Virus record (IMG/VR): IMGVR_UViG_3300044852_000004
Location: 1 to 24,851 of that record
Length of the DNA stretch: 24,851 nt
Source: a virus
Taxonomy: Duplodnaviria > Caudoviricetes
Strand: one strand, 5' to 3'
Shown: positions 9,355-17,277 of the stretch, in pieces
How the letters are laid out: the number at the start of each line of letters is the position of its first letter
Numbering within the stretch: position 1 is the first letter of the stretch
The notes under the pieces: model-generated
Told to the model about the DNA's origin: nothing
What the model saw: only the letters and a program-made list of their open reading frames with translations
The model's database searches: none
Made by a program: the position numbers and the translations under genes

Positions 9355-10293
9355 TTAACGTTCGAAGAAGTACCCTTGGCAGTACAGCGACATAGATCCG
9401 TTCGTCCACACCATCACTTGGCCGAGAGTTGCAGGTGTGCGAGATACTGGAACGACACACTCGGAACTTCCGATAACGCCAGCGCCCCACTGAGAACCAC
9501 CAGGAGCTGCTTGCTGGTCCGTCTGCGAGAAGTTCATAACAAACCCTGTACCACCAGCAGTTGCACGAATACTGACGGTTGTTTCCTTAGGAACCGCGGC
9601 GTTAACTGTGGATAAGTTAGCTGGCGTAGCGTTGTTATATGCAGCCAAAAGCTGAAACGGTGCAGTGCCAGGCAGACCTTCAATATAGTTCATGCGGTTA
9701 AGCTGAGGGTCATGTTGGAACTTGAAGAACCCACCAGTACCTGTAAGAGCACTACCGATATATCGACGAGTCGCATCACCAGTCTTTTGGTAAGCCGTTC
9801 CGTAGTAGCGCACTGGTACGGTAGTCGAGATTTCAATATCGGCCACACCGGCGTTATCGTACAAATATACGTGGTAAAATGATGATACCGAAAGTGTCAG
9901 TCCTGTCATTACTTTATCGGTAGTCAACTCAAGGATCTTGCCCGTAGAAGCGATGTAGGCTGAGCCAGCCTCAACGGTAAGACTTGTTCTGCCAGTGTAC
10001 ACCATGCGCAGACCATCGATAAAACCTTTGCGAAACTCAGTAATCTTGCCAGTGCCACCCTGATCGACACTTAACGGGGTGGTAAGCCCTGTCAGCGAAG
10101 TGATGTCACTGTTAGCGCCACTCTTCGCCGCAGCAAGTGAACTGCGCAATGCGGGTGCATCAACGCCTGCAAGCATAGTTAGGCTGAATGGTGAAAACAG
10201 TTTCGTCTTTGCTGCACCGTCAATGACGTCAGTCGACGTAGCCTGTTTGGCCCCGTCACTGGTCATCAATGTTGTTACCTTAATCTGGGACAT
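9355..10293 (-). CDS. Tail fibre / receptor-binding protein (paralog A)
   Basis: MSQIKVTTL N-terminus, KSGANSDITSLTGLTTPLSVDQGGTG fibre motif, G(F/Y)I(D/E)GL...YLYD...KTGD.(T/S)RR domain. Confidence 0.75.
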   Translation of the reverse strand: MSQIKVTTLMTSDGAKQATSTDVIDGAAKTKLFSPFSLTMLAGVDAPALRSSLAAAKSGANSDITSLTGLTTPLSVDQGGTGKITEFRKGFIDGLRMVYTGRTSLTVEAGSAYIASTGKILELTTDKVMTGLTLSVSSFYHVYLYDNAGVADIEISTTVPVRYYGTAYQKTGDATRRYIGSALTGTGGFFKFQHDPQLNRMNYIEGLPGTAPFQLLAAYNNATPANLSTVNAAVPKETTVSIRATAGGTGFVMNFSQTDQQAAPGGSQWGAGVIGSSECVVPVSRTPATLGQVMVWTNGSMSLYCQGYFFER

Positions 10294-10783
10294 AAGTTAC
10301 CTCACGGGCTGGCCAGCCCTCTTCAAGCATAGAGTCAGTGTAAGTGCCGTTCGTCAGCATGTACCCTAGAATACCTTCGCGTGTGTAACATGCTTGGACA
10401 TAATCACCCACAGCGTCGGCGATGTATAGGATTAGGTCAGCAGTCAATGTCACAAACGAACCGTCGAGTGTTTTCCAATCGACCGTGTAGTTGGGATCAC
10501 GCGAGGCGCGAAACGCAGTTGCTGTCAATTTGTTTTGAGTGGTGCGATCAGAATAGACGCTGATACCACCTACAACGATACCTGCAACCTCAGCCTTAAA
10601 CCGACGATCAGCGATAGCCTTACGGCGTTGTTCGGCGATATATTCAGCAGAGAACTCAGGAGCAGGCGTATTACCTTTAGATAACCACACTTGATACGCC
10701 TTCCAATCAGAATTACTTGGGTCGTTAGGGATATATGCACCATCTGAGATGCGAGTTACTCCAACACCTTTAATCTTGTACAT
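10280..10783 (-). CDS. Tail fibre assembly chaperone, DUF4376-like C-terminal domain
   Basis: RISDGAYIPNDPSNSDWxxYxxWLxxGNTP N-terminus plus RRFxAEVAGI...DRxTQ...WKT.DG.FV.L...VQACY.RE. Confidence 0.75.
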   Translation of the reverse strand: MYKIKGVGVTRISDGAYIPNDPSNSDWKAYQVWLSKGNTPAPEFSAEYIAEQRRKAIADRRFKAEVAGIVVGGISVYSDRTTQNKLTATAFRASRDPNYTVDWKTLDGSFVTLTADLILYIADAVGDYVQACYTREGILGYMLTNGTYTDSMLEEGWPAREVTYVPD

Positions 10784-10802
10784 ACAAACTCCTCACTATT
10801 GT

Positions 10803-11933
10803 TTAACGGTCGTTACCGTAGCCGATTACGTCAAGCGTAAACGCTTGACCAGTTACGGCACTTGAAAACCACCATTGAATTTGCTGACTTGCATTCACAG
10901 TAAGTTCCACCCAGTGCCTCACCGCAGTTGTGTTTCCTGTTAGGTATCCAGTAAGAACTCCGTTGGTTTCAGGTGTGCAGAAGTAAACGTCGTGCGTACC
11001 GCCACTTGCGGCACTGAGTGAGACAATCACAAACGCACGGTCAGTCGTAGGTGGTGTACCTGGTGATAAACTTAGCGTCGTTGGTGTACCTGGTGTACCT
11101 TGCGCTGCGTTGATAATTCGCCATGGTGCGACGTTCAACCCACCAAGAATTCGAGTATGGTCTTTTCGCCATTGGAAGTAAGTGACAGCAGTGGCGGCTG
11201 TATTGATCTTTAGTACACAAAGGAAACGCCTCGATGTATCACCAGTCTTTGTGCGCGCAGTCCCGAAATATGGAGCCGCTGGCACAGTCGCTGACCACTC
11301 AATTGCCGCTACGCCAGACCCACTATCGTATAGGTATGCATACACCCATGTATCAGCAGCGAACCCACTCAATACTGATGTGATGGGGGTTGTTACTTGA
11401 AGTACCTTTCCGGTAGCAGGCATAAAGGCTGCGCCAGTACCAATGGTCAGGGTAAGGCCACTCGCAACGCTCCGTGATGGTATCAACCCTTCGATATAAC
11501 CTGAACTAACACCACCTTGTGCTGGTGTAATTGGGGTGATCAGGGCGTTCAGAGCTGTGATGTCATTGTTAGCACCTTTCTGCGCAAGTGTCTGCGAGTA
11601 AGTCGACAGGTCAACCCAAGTACCGTTAGCATCTTGAACACGCACCTTGCTAGCATGAGTACCCACTTTGAAGATGTAGACAATCTGCCCAGCACCTAGA
11701 ATAGTACCTGTGATTGTGACAGTATTCGCAGCCGTCCAACTTGCAGGCACATCACTGAATGCACCACCTGAACTTTTAGCAATCACCCGAATAGCGTTTG
11801 AACGATCAAACTTTGTAGTGGTAAACACTGTCTGACCAGCCGTGGCAGTGTATACCTCAGAGTCAGTTGCATGTTCAATGACAGGGATTGGTAGGAATGA
11901 CCCAATCACGCTATCTGTTTTGACTGTTGACAT
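10803..11933 (-). CDS. Tail fibre / receptor-binding protein (paralog B)
   Basis: MSTVKTDSV N-terminus, YTATAGQTVFT motif, QKGANNDITALNALITPITPAQGG motif, same downstream domain as paralog A. Confidence 0.75.
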   Translation of the reverse strand: MSTVKTDSVIGSFLPIPVIEHATDSEVYTATAGQTVFTTTKFDRSNAIRVIAKSSGGAFSDVPASWTAANTVTITGTILGAGQIVYIFKVGTHASKVRVQDANGTWVDLSTYSQTLAQKGANNDITALNALITPITPAQGGVSSGYIEGLIPSRSVASGLTLTIGTGAAFMPATGKVLQVTTPITSVLSGFAADTWVYAYLYDSGSGVAAIEWSATVPAAPYFGTARTKTGDTSRRFLCVLKINTAATAVTYFQWRKDHTRILGGLNVAPWRIINAAQGTPGTPTTLSLSPGTPPTTDRAFVIVSLSAASGGTHDVYFCTPETNGVLTGYLTGNTTAVRHWVELTVNASQQIQWWFSSAVTGQAFTLDVIGYGNDR

Positions 11934-11967
11934 TCATCAACCCTCTTATAATATGCTAGTTAAAGAC

Positions 11968-11975
11968 TATTTATG
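11968..11975 (-). promoter_or_regulatory. Late promoter (CATAAATA) for the fibre cluster
   Basis: TAAATAG core about 35 nt upstream of ATG 11933. Confidence 0.7.
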
Positions 11976-12147
11976 GGCATCAAACCCAGTTCAACCTTCA
12001 ATAGAAATATTCTATTATAAAACTAATAACTAATAGAAAATTTATATTGTACTATCCTTCAAATTCCAGTAAAATACGTCTCCAGACGTTGAACAAGCTG
12101 TTAATCGGCTTGAATGGATATAAAGCTTTATTTATTGAATAAAATGA

Positions 12148-12176
12148 TTGACTTCAATCGAGCCATGTACTATTAT
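12148..12176 (+). promoter_or_regulatory. Sigma70-type early promoter TTGACT-N17-TATTAT
   Basis: Near-consensus hexamers with an AT-rich UP-like region; strong AAGGAG RBS downstream. Confidence 0.75.
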
Positions 12177-12218
12177 GTGGTTATAGAGAAGTGAATCAAT
12201 TTAAAGGAGAGAAGATCC

Positions 12219-12440
12219 ATGACAGTTGCAATGGCTCTTACGCTTGCCCTAACAGGTATATGCTTTTGGATCAGTGTTGCTGGCATCGGTCTGAACTTGA
12301 TCGGACGTTTGTTTTACTCACGTCTGAAGCCTAAAACAGGCGTTGGCTACTGGTTCATGTTCTTCATTGTATCGTTGGCGATGTTCATGTACTTCGCCTA
12401 CACGTCTAAAATGGGTCTTGGTGATGGAGTCTGGTGGTGA
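12219..12440 (+). CDS. Small two-TM membrane protein, unknown function
   Basis: 73 aa, two hydrophobic segments, AAGGAG RBS, first gene after the early promoter. Confidence 0.75.
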   Translation: MTVAMALTLALTGICFWISVAGIGLNLIGRLFYSRLKPKTGVGYWFMFFIVSLAMFMYFAYTSKMGLGDGVWW

Positions 12441-12919
12441 TATTCATTTTACGTGGTCCGAACTGTGTTGGTAAGGATCGATTCGCAGATGCACACTTTA
12501 AACAACATTGCGTTCTGTCAACTGACGACTTCAGGTTGCGGTTGTTCGATGATACGAGCAAACAGAACAACGCTAGCTCGATGGTCTATGAGCTAATCAA
12601 GAACACGCTGGAGATGCGTCTGCGCTTCGGTTGCAATTACACGGTCATCAACTCAACGAACTTGAAGTTCCATGAGTGTGGTGACTACCTTGCGTTGGCG
12701 AAACGCTTCAAGCGCACCGTGAAGTTCATCAGCTTTGATCCGCCCTCTGTTGACGTTCTGAGAGCGCGCTATGCAAAGCGTGACATCGATGAGCCTGTCG
12801 ACTTCGAGAAGCAGTGTACGCGCTACTACACGCTCATGCCACGCTTTCAAGAAGCAGCTAAGTACGATGCTGGCGTGGAGTTCGTCCGTATCAACCAAGA
12901 TTGGGAAATCATCGAATGA
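12434..12919 (+). CDS. Polynucleotide kinase domain (AAA_33-like, bacterial Pnkp N-terminal type)
   Basis: ILRGPNCVGKD P-loop, HF...VLSTDDFR..LFDD...Q, RL..G..TVINSTN, parallel to the bacterial Pnkp kinase module. Confidence 0.72.
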   Translation: MVIFILRGPNCVGKDRFADAHFKQHCVLSTDDFRLRLFDDTSKQNNASSMVYELIKNTLEMRLRFGCNYTVINSTNLKFHECGDYLALAKRFKRTVKFISFDPPSVDVLRARYAKRDIDEPVDFEKQCTRYYTLMPRFQEAAKYDAGVEFVRINQDWEIIE

Positions 12920-13674
12920 AATACAATCCTATCCAAGATCTGCTACAGAAGCATATCGTGGTCGCTGAACCTCATTGCGAGTATTACGCGATTGGTGATG
13001 TCCACGGCTGCGCAGACGAATACCACGCGTTGGTTGACAAGTGTGAACATGATGCCCGATTGTTAGGTAAGTATGCGCGCATCTTTCAACTTGGTGACAT
13101 GATTGATCGCGGGCCGCACTTCGCAGACCTGATCGTCGATGATCCTGCGCACTACAAGGTCATTGGTAATCACGAATACAACTTCGTTCTCGAACACTAC
13201 GGCTATAAAGCTCACAGCTCACTGGCGCGCAATAAGAACCATGAAGCGCTGGCGAAGTTGACGCCATTCTATCAGCAATTCATCCTTGACTCGCTGATTG
13301 ATCGGGAAACCTTCTACACGATCATTATTGATGGTCAGGCGTTCGTACTGAGCCATGCCCCTATAAAAGACATTGAGAAAGGTATCGGCTTCATCTTCAA
13401 AGATGCTGTCGGAAGTGTCCCTAACTATTGCATGCGCTCGACAGCAGTCGACTTGGAACAACTAAGAGCGCACCACACCGACACCACGTTTGTACACGGA
13501 CACCAGAAGTGGAATTACCATGACCTTGAAACACAAGTTGAAGAGCAACGCGGTTTTGACGTTGCTTCGTATAACATCGATGCCGGTTGCGTATATGGAG
13601 GGGACCTGGTCGCTCTTCGGTTACGCGATAGTTGCGTACTTAAAGTAAAATCGAAGTTTAATGTTGACAAGTAA
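12916..13674 (+). CDS. Calcineurin-like metallophosphoesterase (Pnkp phosphatase / PrpE-like)
   Basis: GDVHG, GDMIDRGP, GNHE, SHAP, HGH, IDAGCVYGGDL motifs. ATGA overlap with the kinase gene. Confidence 0.88.
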   Translation: MKYNPIQDLLQKHIVVAEPHCEYYAIGDVHGCADEYHALVDKCEHDARLLGKYARIFQLGDMIDRGPHFADLIVDDPAHYKVIGNHEYNFVLEHYGYKAHSSLARNKNHEALAKLTPFYQQFILDSLIDRETFYTIIIDGQAFVLSHAPIKDIEKGIGFIFKDAVGSVPNYCMRSTAVDLEQLRAHHTDTTFVHGHQKWNYHDLETQVEEQRGFDVASYNIDAGCVYGGDLVALRLRDSCVLKVKSKFNVDK

Positions 13675-13691
13675 TTGTCACACTGTAGAAT
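13664..13691 (+). promoter_or_regulatory. Promoter TTGACA-N16-TAGAAT for the gp45 operon
   Basis: Perfect -35 and near-consensus -10, upstream of a GGAG RBS. Confidence 0.7.
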
Positions 13692-13730
13692 GGCTAGCCT
13701 AAACACTGTGTAACTAAAAACCCTTGGAGT

Positions 13731-14441
13731 ATGATCTACATGAGCAACACTAACGAAGTTCGTCTGAGCAAAGAAACAGTTGATATCCTGAAAGGGTTGT
13801 ACGCAATCAACCAAACGCTGAAGATCGTTGCAGGCAAGCAGGAAATTCGCAGCGTGAACGATACCAAGACCATCGCCTTCCAGGCACCGATTGCTGAAGA
13901 CTTTCCGCGGACTTTCTGCATCTATGATGTGCGTGAGTTCATCGGCGTTGTAGGCATCATTTCCAATCCTGTCCTGGACTTCAGCAACGACAAGTTTGTT
14001 CTGATCAAGTCTGAGGATGGTGGTCAAAAGCTGAAGTATGTGGATGGCGCTGAAAAGCTCATCAACTCCTACTTCGAAAAAGACTTCCAACTGCCAAGTG
14101 ATGACCTGGAAGTGAACGTCACTGCACAGCAACTGAAAGCGGTGATGAACGCGGCGAACGCGTTGAAACTGGAATACGTCGGCTTCAAGTCTGATGGTGC
14201 TAAAGTCGTGCTGAGCGCATTCGACCGCAACAACGGCTCGGGTGATGACACCAACGGCTTCTCTATCGAAGTCGGCACTACCTCGGACACATTCGATCTG
14301 TTCTACAAGACCGATGCCCTGGCAGTTCTGGATGGCGACTGCAAGTTCGAAATCAGTTCGCGCAAAATCTCCAAAGTGACCAACGGTACCAAAACCTTCT
14401 GGATGGCTCTGGACGCGTCTTCGACTAGCCAGTTTGCGTAA
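13731..14441 (+). CDS. gp45: Sliding clamp
   Basis: LSKETVDILK..AINQ, FPRTFCIYDVREF motifs; first gene of the 45-44-62-regA block. Alternative start at 13740. Confidence 0.92.
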   Translation: MIYMSNTNEVRLSKETVDILKGLYAINQTLKIVAGKQEIRSVNDTKTIAFQAPIAEDFPRTFCIYDVREFIGVVGIISNPVLDFSNDKFVLIKSEDGGQKLKYVDGAEKLINSYFEKDFQLPSDDLEVNVTAQQLKAVMNAANALKLEYVGFKSDGAKVVLSAFDRNNGSGDDTNGFSIEVGTTSDTFDLFYKTDALAVLDGDCKFEISSRKISKVTNGTKTFWMALDASSTSQFA

Positions 14442-14466
14442 CATGCCTTAAGGCATGTAGTATCTG

Positions 14467-14495
14467 AGCGCGTTCCTAATCGAACGCGCTTTGTT
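14467..14495 (+). terminator. Terminator-like hairpin after gp45
   Basis: AGCGCGTTC-loop-GAACGCGCT followed by TTGTT. Confidence 0.65.
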
Positions 14496-14525
14496 ACCTG
14501 ATCATTGTATTTGTGAGGTTGTAGA

Positions 14526-15476
14526 ATGTCAATTGATTGCAACATGAAAGAACCGCTTTTTGTTGAGCGTTATCGTCCACAAAGGATTGCTGACTGCATC
14601 CTGCCAAAGAAACTGGTTACCCAGTTCAATGACATCATCAAAGGTGGTCGCATCCCTAACCTCCTGCTGTGTGGTACAGCTGGTACTGGTAAGACTACTG
14701 CGGCAAAAGCGCTGTGTCAAGAACTTGGTGTTGACTGGATCATCATCAACGCATCCGAAGACAACGGCATCGACACGATCCGCAACAAGATCAGAGACTT
14801 TGCATCAACTGTAAGCTTCTCTGATGCTGGTAAATGCGTGATTCTCGACGAAGCTGATGCACTGACAGCAGCAGCACAAAGCGCGTTGCGTGGGGGCTTA
14901 GAGAGCTATTCCCAGACGTGTTCGTTCATCTTCACCTGCAACTACCCGAACCGGATCATTGACCCGTTGCATTCGCGTACTGTGCGCGTCGACTTCGAGA
15001 TCACAAAAACCGAGCAGCCACTGATTCAGGCGAAGTTCTTTCAGCGCGTCTGTGCTATTCTTGCGAATGAGAATATCAAGTTCGATCAGACAGCAGTCGC
15101 GACCTTGATCCAGAAGTTCTTCCCTGACAACCGTCGCATCTTGGGCCAGTTGCAACAATATGGTCGTGGTGGTGAAATTGACGCCGGCATTCTGAACGAT
15201 CTTCAGGAAGTCAGCATTGACGGTTTGATCAAGTCGATGAAGGCTAAGAAGTTCGCTGATGTGCGTCAATGGTGCGCAGAGAATGCAACCAACGACATCT
15301 CGGCGCTGTACACCAAGTTGTATAAGTCGTTGAAAGACCACATTGATCCTCAGTCAATCCCTGAAGCAATTCTGGTGCTTGAGGACTATCAACGTTATGA
15401 CAGTGTTGTCGCCGACAAAGAGCTACATATCGCGGCAATGTGCGTTACGCTGATGAGCAGTGTGACATTCAAATGA
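14526..15476 (+). CDS. gp44: Clamp loader AAA+ subunit
   Basis: VERYRP, GTAGTGKTT, INAS, ILDEAD, IIDPLHSR motifs. Confidence 0.95.
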   Translation: MSIDCNMKEPLFVERYRPQRIADCILPKKLVTQFNDIIKGGRIPNLLLCGTAGTGKTTAAKALCQELGVDWIIINASEDNGIDTIRNKIRDFASTVSFSDAGKCVILDEADALTAAAQSALRGGLESYSQTCSFIFTCNYPNRIIDPLHSRTVRVDFEITKTEQPLIQAKFFQRVCAILANENIKFDQTAVATLIQKFFPDNRRILGQLQQYGRGGEIDAGILNDLQEVSIDGLIKSMKAKKFADVRQWCAENATNDISALYTKLYKSLKDHIDPQSIPEAILVLEDYQRYDSVVADKELHIAAMCVTLMSSVTFK

Positions 15477-15955
15477 TCGACTTGAACGGTCAGGCCGTAG
15501 AGCTTAAGGAAGAGGAGCAAGAGTACAAGCGGATTAAGGTCGCGTTGTTCGATTGGTTGACTGATTTGAACTACGATAAGCAGTACATGTTCCGTGAAGA
15601 CACTGCACCTGACTTTTCCCCGTTCATGATCAATCGGGGGATGTCGCAAAGCGTAGAGACGATCATGTATGCCAATGAACTGAACAAGCATTGGCAGCTT
15701 ACCAAAGAGCAGGTGCATGACTTCTACTTCTATCTACTCAGCAAAAAGAAGCGTTTCAACAAGTGGGCTAAACAAAGCGGAGACGACAAGGAAAATATCG
15801 ATTTAGTTGTTAAGCATTACGGCGTCAACCGTCTGCGAGCACTAGAGTATTTGAAGTTGTTAACACCTGAAGATTTGCAGACAATTAAAGCATCATATGA
15901 CGTTGGAGGTCGCAGTAATGATAAGTCCAGTGGACGTAATCGAAAAAATGGTTGA
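15473..15955 (+). CDS. gp62: Clamp loader small subunit
   Basis: PFMINRGMSQ...ANELN...KKRFNKWAK...HYGVN..RALEY. ATGA overlap with gp44. Confidence 0.9.
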   Translation: MIDLNGQAVELKEEEQEYKRIKVALFDWLTDLNYDKQYMFREDTAPDFSPFMINRGMSQSVETIMYANELNKHWQLTKEQVHDFYFYLLSKKKRFNKWAKQSGDDKENIDLVVKHYGVNRLRALEYLKLLTPEDLQTIKASYDVGGRSNDKSSGRNRKNG

Positions 15956-16334
15956 GGTGGAACTACTCGATACCGAAAGTTTTCGTAAAGTAAAAGAGAC
16001 GTTGACCCGTATTGGTCTTGCGAGTCGCAGTGAAAAGGTGCTGACTCAGTCGGCGCACATCCTGCATCGTCAAGGTCATTACTACATATGTCACTTCAAA
16101 GAGCTGTTGGCGCTCGACGGTCTGCGTACCGACTTGAGCGAAAGTGACATTGAACGTCGCAACCGCATTGTCCAGATGTTGGTTGAGTGGAACTTGATCA
16201 AGGTCGTTGATCCCGAACGGCTTATCCCGATGGGTTCACCTAACGTGGTGAAGATCATCAAATACGCAGACAAAGAAGATTGGGAATTGCGTACCAAATA
16301 CACGATAGGAGTGATGCACAAAGCTACTGCGTGA
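15918..16334 (+). CDS. regA: Translational repressor RegA
   Basis: FRKVKETLTRIG...QSAHILHRQGHYYICHFKEL...RRNRI..LVEW...W.L..KY.IG; GGAGG RBS before ATG 15918. Confidence 0.95.
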   Translation: MISPVDVIEKMVEVELLDTESFRKVKETLTRIGLASRSEKVLTQSAHILHRQGHYYICHFKELLALDGLRTDLSESDIERRNRIVQMLVEWNLIKVVDPERLIPMGSPNVVKIIKYADKEDWELRTKYTIGVMHKATA

Positions 16335-17183
16335 TTACTCGACAATTGATTTGTCTTTGTAACCGACGCGAGAATGGTACTCAAAGTACCCTTCGGGCTG
16401 CTGGCCAGTAATGAAGAACTTGCTATCCTTTAAGACAGGGTTTCGATATTGTCGTTTACCTACGTTATGGTTGTAAGTGATCCATCCTTCAGGTTGCTGG
16501 CCTGTGGTAAATGTCGTTACTAGACCTTCAGGGGAGATGTAAGCGCGTTTGTTTTTGTTAGGTGAGAGTTCGACCCAACCGTCTGGCGCTTCACCAACCA
16601 CAAACATTCTGAATGATCCATCAGGTGATTGATGCTGTCTGCAACCAACGTTAGTAACGTTAGCGAACTCAACCCAACCTGTAGGTTGTTCATTATGTTT
16701 GAAGCGTTTTACTTCAGCTCCATTCGAGTAGAGGCGGGTTCCTCGAACTGCTGAATACACGATCCATCCTTCGGGTTGCGTGTTGTACGCAAAGCGTTGT
16801 TTGGTACCTTCGGGTGATATGTAAGTTCTATGTTTTTGAGGGGCTCCAGTTACACCGTTCTCAAGCTCCATGTTGGCCCAGTCGGGTGATTTGACTATGT
16901 CGTTACTTTCAGAGAAAGCGATAGCGTAGCCAACTAATTCAGCTGGATCGGTGAAGAGTTTGGTCCACAATGTTTCAACGTCATACCCATGCTTTCGCAA
17001 ATGCCTGAGCCAGTGTTTGCCAGACCCTTTGTACTTGAACACGTCTTTGGTAGTCATACCGAAGTACAACTTACCAGTAGTTCGATGCTGTTTGATGTAT
17101 AGGTGAGTTGGTTCAATTACATCTGGGACGACTGCATCCACAGGTGGCAAGTATTGAGTTGGGTGGATCGCGATAATTGACAT
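16335..17183 (-). mobile_element. Free-standing GIY-YIG (Seg-like) homing endonuclease
   Basis: LYIKQHxxTGKLYFGMT, YKGSGKHW, WAN..ENG catalytic domain plus five C-terminal repeats; antisense to its neighbours; own late promoter. Confidence 0.82.
16383..16829 (-). repeat. Five ~31-aa protein repeats in the endonuclease C-terminus
   Basis: RxYxSPEG...F....QPEGW consensus, with units starting at ORF-track aa ~132, 163, 195, 226 and 257. Confidence 0.85.
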
Positions 17184-17210
17184 TGACGTACCTTGTTTGA
17201 AGTGTATAAA
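17183..17210 (+). promoter_or_regulatory. Promoter TTGACG-N16-TATAAA for the RyR-domain gene
   Basis: Near-consensus hexamers with the same geometry as the gp45 promoter. Confidence 0.55.
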
Positions 17211-17223
17211 TTGGCTATACAAC

Positions 17224-17231
17224 TATTTATC
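17224..17231 (-). promoter_or_regulatory. Late promoter (GATAAATA) for the homing endonuclease
   Basis: TAAATAG core about 40 nt upstream of ATG 17183. Confidence 0.65.
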
Positions 17232-17277
17232 AAAGTCGGTATTTTGATCGGCATTTACCACAAAGAGAGTACTAAGC

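Noticed and set aside
3206-11699. Many short alternative-frame and antisense ORFs inside structural genes
   Set aside because: Fully nested in well-supported CDSs with no independent expression signals.
12895-12919. Possible -1 frameshift at GGGAAAT fusing kinase and phosphatase into one Pnkp
   Set aside because: The heptamer is out of phase for the kinase frame; the ATGA overlap is explained by translational coupling.
13515-14444. 309-aa minus-strand ORF opposite gp45
   Set aside because: Shadow ORF of a strongly codon-biased gene; no RBS or recognisable motifs.
16383-16829. CRISPR-like spacing of DNA repeats
   Set aside because: The repeats are degenerate, in frame and explained by protein repeats.
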